A stretch of 64,000 bases of DNA, taken from the NCBI GenBank assembly GCA_001643675.2, contig LSRY02000024.1:248001-312000 (forward strand). Direction: 5' to 3'. This document shows, piece after piece, positions 57,930-64,000 of this stretch. Source of the DNA: Monocercomonoides exilis PA203. Taxonomy: Eukaryota; Protista; Preaxostyla. The number at the start of each line of letters is the position of its first letter. Within the stretch, counting starts at the first letter, position 1. The position numbers were made by a program, and so were the translations under genes. The notes under the pieces were generated by a model. It made no database searches. It had not been told where the DNA came from and worked only from the letters and a program-made list of their open reading frames with translations.

Positions 57930-60900
57930 TTCGCCTTTTCATTCAGAAAATTCCATTCATTTTGCGAAGTTCATCAACTTCTTGTTGCAATTCTCCGACT
58001 TGCGATATCAGTTCAGACATTGCTTTGTTCTGCTCTTCAATAAACTGCCTCAAAAATGTCTGGGGAAAAAAGAATTAATAACACAAAAATGATCAATCAA
58101 ACATTGAAGAATAAGTTAAAAAATGATAAAATAAAATATAATAAATCATCAAATTCAATAATTAATCAAATCAAAAAATAATTAAATAAATAAATAAATA
58201 AATAAAATAAAATAAAATAAAATAAAATAAAATAAAATATAATAAAATATAATAAAATAAAATAAAATATAATAAATATTATCACAAACATTCTGCAAAT
58301 GAAACTGTTTAATTAATTCCACATGCAAATTCCTGCTGTCCTGGTGTGTCTGCTCAAAAAGGCCACTCAACGCTTCTCTGATCAAGTTCTGTGTCATTGT
58401 TCTGTCTAATTCTGAGGGAGAGGGGAATTCTGAGTGTGTTGGAGAGAAAGAGGAGGAAGAGGAGGAGGAGGAGGAAGAGGAAGAAGAAGGAAGAGAAGAA
58501 GAGGAAGGAGAAGAAGAAAGAGAAGAAGAGGAAGAAGAAGAAGATGTGTTTGGAATGAAAGAATGAGAAGGGAATAGAATAGACGAAGGAGAGGAGGAGG
58601 AGGAAGGAGAAAGAGAAGAAGACAAGGACGATGATGATGATTGCATTGAAGAAGAAAATCGTTGATTTTTTTCTTTGTTTGTTTCGTTTTCTGGTTCAAT
58701 ATCCATTTTAATTGAATCTGAAGAAGAAGAAGGGGAAGAAGAAGAAGGAGAGGAGGAAGAAGAAGAAGAGAAAATGGAGCGAGAAGAGGAATTGAATGAA
58801 GTGGAAGAGGAATTCAAAGGAGGTTGTTGTGTGGAAGGAGTAGAGGAAGAGGAGGAGGAGGAAGAAGAAGAAGAAAGAAAAGATGATGAAGGTGATAATG
58901 ATGATGATGATGATGATGATGAGAAAATGGAAGAAGAAGGAGAAGCTAAAGAAGGAGAAGAAGAAGAAGAAGAAGAAGAAGTAGAAAGAGGAGAAGAAGA
59001 AGGAGAAAGAGAAGATTGTGAATGGAAAGGTGCTGATGATGAAGAAGAAAGAAGTTGGAAACGAGAAGAGGAAGAAGAAGAGGAAGAAGAAGAGGGAAGA
59101 GAAGAAGGAGGAGGAGAAAGAGAAGAAGAAGAAGAGGAAGTTGATTGAGATGAAAGTGGAGGCAAAGAAGAAGAAGAAGAATGATATAAACTGCGAGATT
59201 GAGAGCGAATATCAGAAGAAGATGATGATGAAGATGATGATATTAATGATGCAGAAGGAGAAGATGAAGGAGAAGGAGAGGAAGAGGAAGAAGATGAAGA
59301 AGAAGGAGAAGCAGAAGGAAGAGAAAGAGAAGAAGGAGAAGGAGAAGCCGAATTCAAAACACCCGTTTTTCCAAATGCCCCTGCATTTTGATTTGTTGAA
59401 GGCGAAAGCAGTCTTTTCTTGTCAATCAAACTGCTATTCTCTCCATCAGCCAATTCTGAGTCAACAAACAGAAGCTGATGAATTCCAATAGAATCTCCTC
59501 TTCCTTCTCCTCTTTCTCCTCTTTCTCTTTCTCTCTCTCTCTCTGAATGTGCCATCTTCTTCACAACGCTCGGTGCAGTTGACTGAGTAATGTCCTCAAA
59601 CACATACAAATTCCCCTCTCTGCTGCCAACTGCTAAGCTTTTTTCTCCCTTTCTGAACGCCACACAGCTCAATTCTTCGCCCAAATCATCCAATTCAATC
59701 AATTTTGCGGTGGAAACGTCGAAAAGAACGACGTTTCCGATGGAGCTGACGGAGCAGAGGAGGCAGGAGTGGTTGGGGGACCAGTCGAGGGCAGTGATGG
59801 AAGAGGGGGGAGAGACTGAAGAGGAAGGATAAGAAAGATAAGGGGGAGGGAGGGAGGAGGGGATTAAATAAAGAAATAAAGAAATAAATAAATAAAGAAA
59901 CAAATAAATAAACAAAAAGTGAACATTTTGGGATATTATCGAATGTACATAAAAGGAATTAATAAATATTAAAGAAAACATAAAAAACAAAGCAAAGTCA
60001 TTGAAAAAAAAGATTATAACAACAAGAAATTGCTATTTTGAAACAAATAAAATTTTCTAAAAAAATATTTTTTCATTGAAAAAATTAGAATTTCTTCTGA
60101 ATTCTCAATTATTTCTTTTTCTTTCTTTTTTTTTTGAAAAATCAAATAATCCAACAAAATATTCCATACTTGCTGTATTTCTCTGCTGTTTTGCCAGAGA
60201 ACGGGTCGAAAACTCAGCAAGAAGAGCGTTGTGAACCAAGATTATCGTTCTGGGAGCATCTGATTCTCTATCAAACGACAATCTTGCTGGATTAGATGAA
60301 GAAGAAGATGAAGAAGAAGAAGAAGATGATGATGATGATGATGATGATGAAAGAGAAGGAGAGAGAGAAGAAAGAGAAGAAGAAGAAGAAGATAACTGCA
60401 AAGTCAACATTTTAGCTGCTGCTTCAACGCTGTCGATGTTTCGTGTGGAAGACACGTCGAAGCACCGAACTGCGCCGTCGGCTGTTCCAACAGCCAGAAT
60501 GTGGTCAGCATTCGGACAGAACTTGAGTGAAGTGATGGCACATCCAAAGGAAGATAAAGAAGAAGATGAGGAGGAAGAGGAAGAGGAAGAAGAAGGGAAT
60601 GAAGATGAGCGTGTATAAGCTGATAGAGAAGAAGAAGAAGGTGATCTGGAATCGCCAGGCAGCGTGAGCTTGAAATAGAAAGGGTTTGTGCGGACTGGCT
60701 GAAGGCGATATAGCAAAAGATCTCCATTTTCTGTTCCAACCGCAAACATTTTGTCTTCCATTCCAAAAGCAACTGCGGTTACGGGTGATTTCGGTCCCTT
60801 TTATGAAAAGAAAAAAAAAAGAATAATTAGAATTTTAGTTGTTTTAAGCAAGACATAATTGATGTAAATATGTTGCATACGTAATAAGTGTATCCTGTTC

Positions 60901-61390
60901 TATTTGGCTTAAGATCCCACAGACGGATCACATTTATGCTTTGTGGAGGGTTTGAAGATGAATCCAACATTCTTCCGTTACTTATAATATACCTTCCAAG
61001 TGTTGTTTGTGACAAAGCTCTGACAGGAATCTTCAAAAATGTTTATTCAGTTTTAACATAATACATTGAAAGCATATGGAATATTTTTAACTGAAGCACA
61101 CTTCATTGTTAAGAATAGACGAAAATGGATAGTTTATTTTTCCAAAGTATATATGACCGCTAGAGCATCCGCAAACAAGAACTCCAGCTTGAAATTAAAA
61201 AATAATTATTCAATTTTTTTAGAAACGAATATAAAAATACAATTTACAAAAATTATTGAACAAAACTTGATGAGCAGCTCATTGATATTATTTCTTCGTC
61301 TTGAGGTGATTTTGCCTCCAACCTTAACGAAATATTAGAACGAGAAATCTGCCACAATCGAACTTCTTTCGAGCATGAAATAAGATTCAT
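57930..61390 (-). CDS. NEDD1: NEDD1/GCP-WD-like WD40 protein (gamma-tubulin ring complex targeting factor); multi-exon, Ser-inflated; exact 3' end uncertain
   Basis: N-terminal WD40 repeats (MNLISCSKEVRLWQ, IRLWDLK, FAVGTENGDLLLY, LAVGTADGAVRCFD, ITALDWSPNH, LAVGSREGNLYVFED) are followed by a Ser-rich linker. The C-terminal TQNLIREALSGLFEQTHQDSRNLHVELIKQFHLQ plus coiled coil matches the NEDD1 gamma-tubulin-binding tail. Confidence 0.8.
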
Positions 61391-61899
61391 TTCTGTAATA
61401 TAATTGTATTGTTTAGAAAACAGATGGCAAATAAAAAATTAAGTTATGAATTATCCATTAAAAGAGATTTTTTGTTCAAACATTTCTCAGAATTATTAAT
61501 AATATTCATTTCTTGATCATAACGAGAAAATGAAAAACTGACTTTTTCAGTCGGACATGTATTTGAAAAACATCTTGCACTTATGTAATATTCAATTCAT
61601 CGTTATTTTAAACTTGATTGTGCTTGAAGCCTATTTTCATTGAGAAATAGTTCTCTTTTTTTTGTGCCAGATGGTGTTTATTCAATATCTTCTCTACAAC
61701 AGATGCAGCAATAGCATATGTTGCATCAAAAGGTGTGAATGTATCTGCACGTAAAGGTGAATCGCTGGAAGAATCATGGTAATTCTGCACAAGCGCTGCA
61801 GTGCTTCCAGGAGGTATTTGACCAAGGAAAATTGTCGTTGAAGTTAGTAATATATCCCTTTTCTTCTACAAATGATATTGAGATGAAGATGACGAGCCA

Positions 61900-62476
61900 G
61901 TAGTTGACCAATTAAAATTCAACAACGTTTGCAAATGCCGTCGATCATGTGTTGATGGTATCTTGCGTGCTGATGATGTGATGCTCGCAGGAAAAGTTGC
62001 ATGTGCAAAGATATGATGATGTCGGAAAGTGATGCACAGAATCATTATGCGGACAAGGAGCGCGCATTATTGTTACAGAAATCGATCCAATATGCGCATT
62101 ACAAGCATGCATGAGCGGATACCAAGTGATTACAGTTAAAGATGCCTTGCCAATTGCAGAAGTATTTGTGGCCTGCACTGGAAACAGAGACATCATCACA
62201 GCTGAACATATGTCTAAAGTGAAGCATATGGCAATCGTTGGAAACATTGGTCATTTTGACGACGAAATTGAAGTTGGAAAGCTTATTGCATGGCCAGGTG
62301 TCAAGAGAGAAACCATCAAGCCTCAGGTTGACAAATTCACATTCCCTGATGGACATTCAATCATTCTCCTTGCAGAAGGTCGTTTGATGAATTTGGGATG
62401 CGCCAATGGCCACCCATCGTTTGTGATGTCCAACTCCTTCACAAATCTTGAACTTGATCGAGATGCATTGAAATGA
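61900..62476 (+). pseudogene. AHCY: Adenosylhomocysteinase (SAH hydrolase) fragment, disrupted
   Basis: Reads KFNNVCKCRRSCVDGILRADDVMLAGKVAC, then a frameshift, then [76 protein letters not shown]. Both termini are missing. Confidence 0.9.
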
Positions 62477-63393
62477 CGAAAATAATACCGCTCAAACGTT
62501 TCCGATTCATTTGGAAATTAAAGGAGAGCTTTTCGCACTTCCATTTGAAAAGAGTTTTATTTGATACTTATTGTTAAATACTTAACTAAAATGACAATTA
62601 GCCTTTTATTTTGTGAAGATCCATTCAAAAAATAACATTAAATTGCGAAAAAAAAATTCACATTCCTTTTTCATATTTATAAATTTGATCGAACGCGTTA
62701 AGTTTAAATTGTGTTTTTCAGAACATCTTGTTTTTCAAAACAGATTGTTTTCATTTTTTAAATTTTGTGTTTCCTCCAAAATATAGATCATTCTTTATTT
62801 TCATCCAAAAGTATGTACAAAATATAACTCATTAAAATAATTTATTTGTATTTTTTTCCTGGAAGACTCTGAAAAATATGTCAAAGAAAAATTATGCAAT
62901 TTTCCGATTTGTACAATCTCAGGGAAATAAATCCCCATGCAAATGAGGTGTGTAAATTTTCATGTGGAGGCTTACAACTTATTTCCTACCAAAACATGAT
63001 TGATCGGGATGAAAATGAGACGAACGAAGAATCCAACAAATCCGAGGACAAGGAAGCCAGCTCCGGTGGCAAGAGCGATTTTAGAAAATTCTATTTAGAG
63101 AATATTAACATAAATCAGAATAAGAATAAATAACAACCTTTTGCATCTGGCTTTGTGCAACGATTCCAAAAGCGAACTGAATCTCTTGCAAATTTGCTCA
63201 ATGGTCCTGAAACTTTTCGAACTTGTTGTTCCATCTTCTAATAAAATAAATGACGTGCACAAAGAAACACTTTATCAAGCAATGAACACGACGAGCAAAC
63301 CCTCACAAATCAAGATAAATATCTTAAACAGTGGGAAAGATCAGTAATTCCTTTTTAATCCAATTCACCGTTGTGATTGCAGCAATTTGAAAT

Positions 63394-64000
63394 ATGACCG
63401 AAGCTGAATTAGAAGATAATATTTTGAAAGAATCAAGGAAAGCATTCCAAGAGAGAATTCACAAAGAGCTTTTAGTTAGCGAACAAATTCTTGATTTGGC
63501 TGCTTTTGATGCTGAATTCCAAGCAAAATCAAAAGATTTACAACCAGCACTTACATCAATGGCCTCAAAAGGTATTGTGGAATAGAACTTAATTTTTAGT
63601 GTCAGTCATATTTTTAACTTTTCAATATCTTTTATGAAAATATTCGAAGGCTTTATCACAACGCAATCAACTCAACAAACATTTTTCAAAATAACAGAGC
63701 TTGGCAATCAAATTCTTTCTGGAAAAGAAACAGATGATGAAGTAGTGTACAAATATATTGGATCTGAAGGAAAATTGGAAAAGGAAGCTAAAGATCATTT
63801 GAAAGGCCCAGTTTGATATTTATTCCAATTAAATCATCATTCTTTATTATTATTTTTCATTGTTTTAACGCAATATTACAGCTTATTGGTGTCTTGAATG
63901 GCCTTGTTAAAAAAGGTTATCTTATTCTTGATAAATCTGGAGAGCCTATCTTTGTATGAACGATACGCTTTTAAGTTTGTTGTAACTTTTATATTTTTTG
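63394..64000 (+). CDS. Probable phenylalanyl-tRNA synthetase alpha subunit, N-terminal part; runs off the window
   Basis: Spliced reading ..LQPALTSMASKG-FITTQSTQQTFFKITELGNQIL..EVVYKYIGSEG..GP-LIGVLNGLVKKGYLILDKS resembles the eukaryotic PheRS-alpha N-terminal DNA-binding-fold domains (WELTxEGxxI..EARVF..KWIRVDKS). Introns ~63572..63650 and ~63811..63881. Confidence 0.55.

Noticed and set aside
1-64000. tRNA, rRNA, telomeric repeats, selenocysteine or prokaryotic operon-like systems
   Set aside because: No cloverleaf, rRNA-like segment, telomere array or operon structure was recognisable by eye. tRNAscan-SE or Infernal would be needed to exclude small RNAs formally.

Overview
AT-rich eukaryotic genomic DNA with GT-AG spliceosomal introns and the standard genetic code. 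Its style (poly-Ser/poly-Glu inflated proteins, beta-helix receptor pseudokinase, repeated lineage-specific gene family) suggests an oxymonad such as Monocercomonoides; this is inference, not a search result. From left to right the window holds: (1) a >3,600-aa Ser/Glu-inflated gene whose non-repetitive islands resemble HPS3 (BLOC-2); (2) a membrane protein with a very long ER/K single-alpha-helix tail; (3) a ~25 kb accessory zone with a decayed PIF/Harbinger-ISL2EU (DDE_Tnp_4) transposase inside a possible 8.8 kb TIR-bounded element, a near-intact intron-bearing pogo/Fot-like DD35D transposon with TIRs and TA duplication, four copies of an unknown two-intron gene family (two share a 118-bp near-identical patch) and a dispersed GC-rich repeat; (4) a 2,656-aa beta-helix/TM/pseudokinase receptor; (5) a housekeeping cluster of an EamA/DMT transporter with a 13-nt micro-exon, a GNL1-like GTPase, a NEDD1-like WD40 protein, an adenosylhomocysteinase pseudogene fragment and the 5' end of a probable PheRS alpha subunit. 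All homology calls come from recalled motifs; no database search was run.
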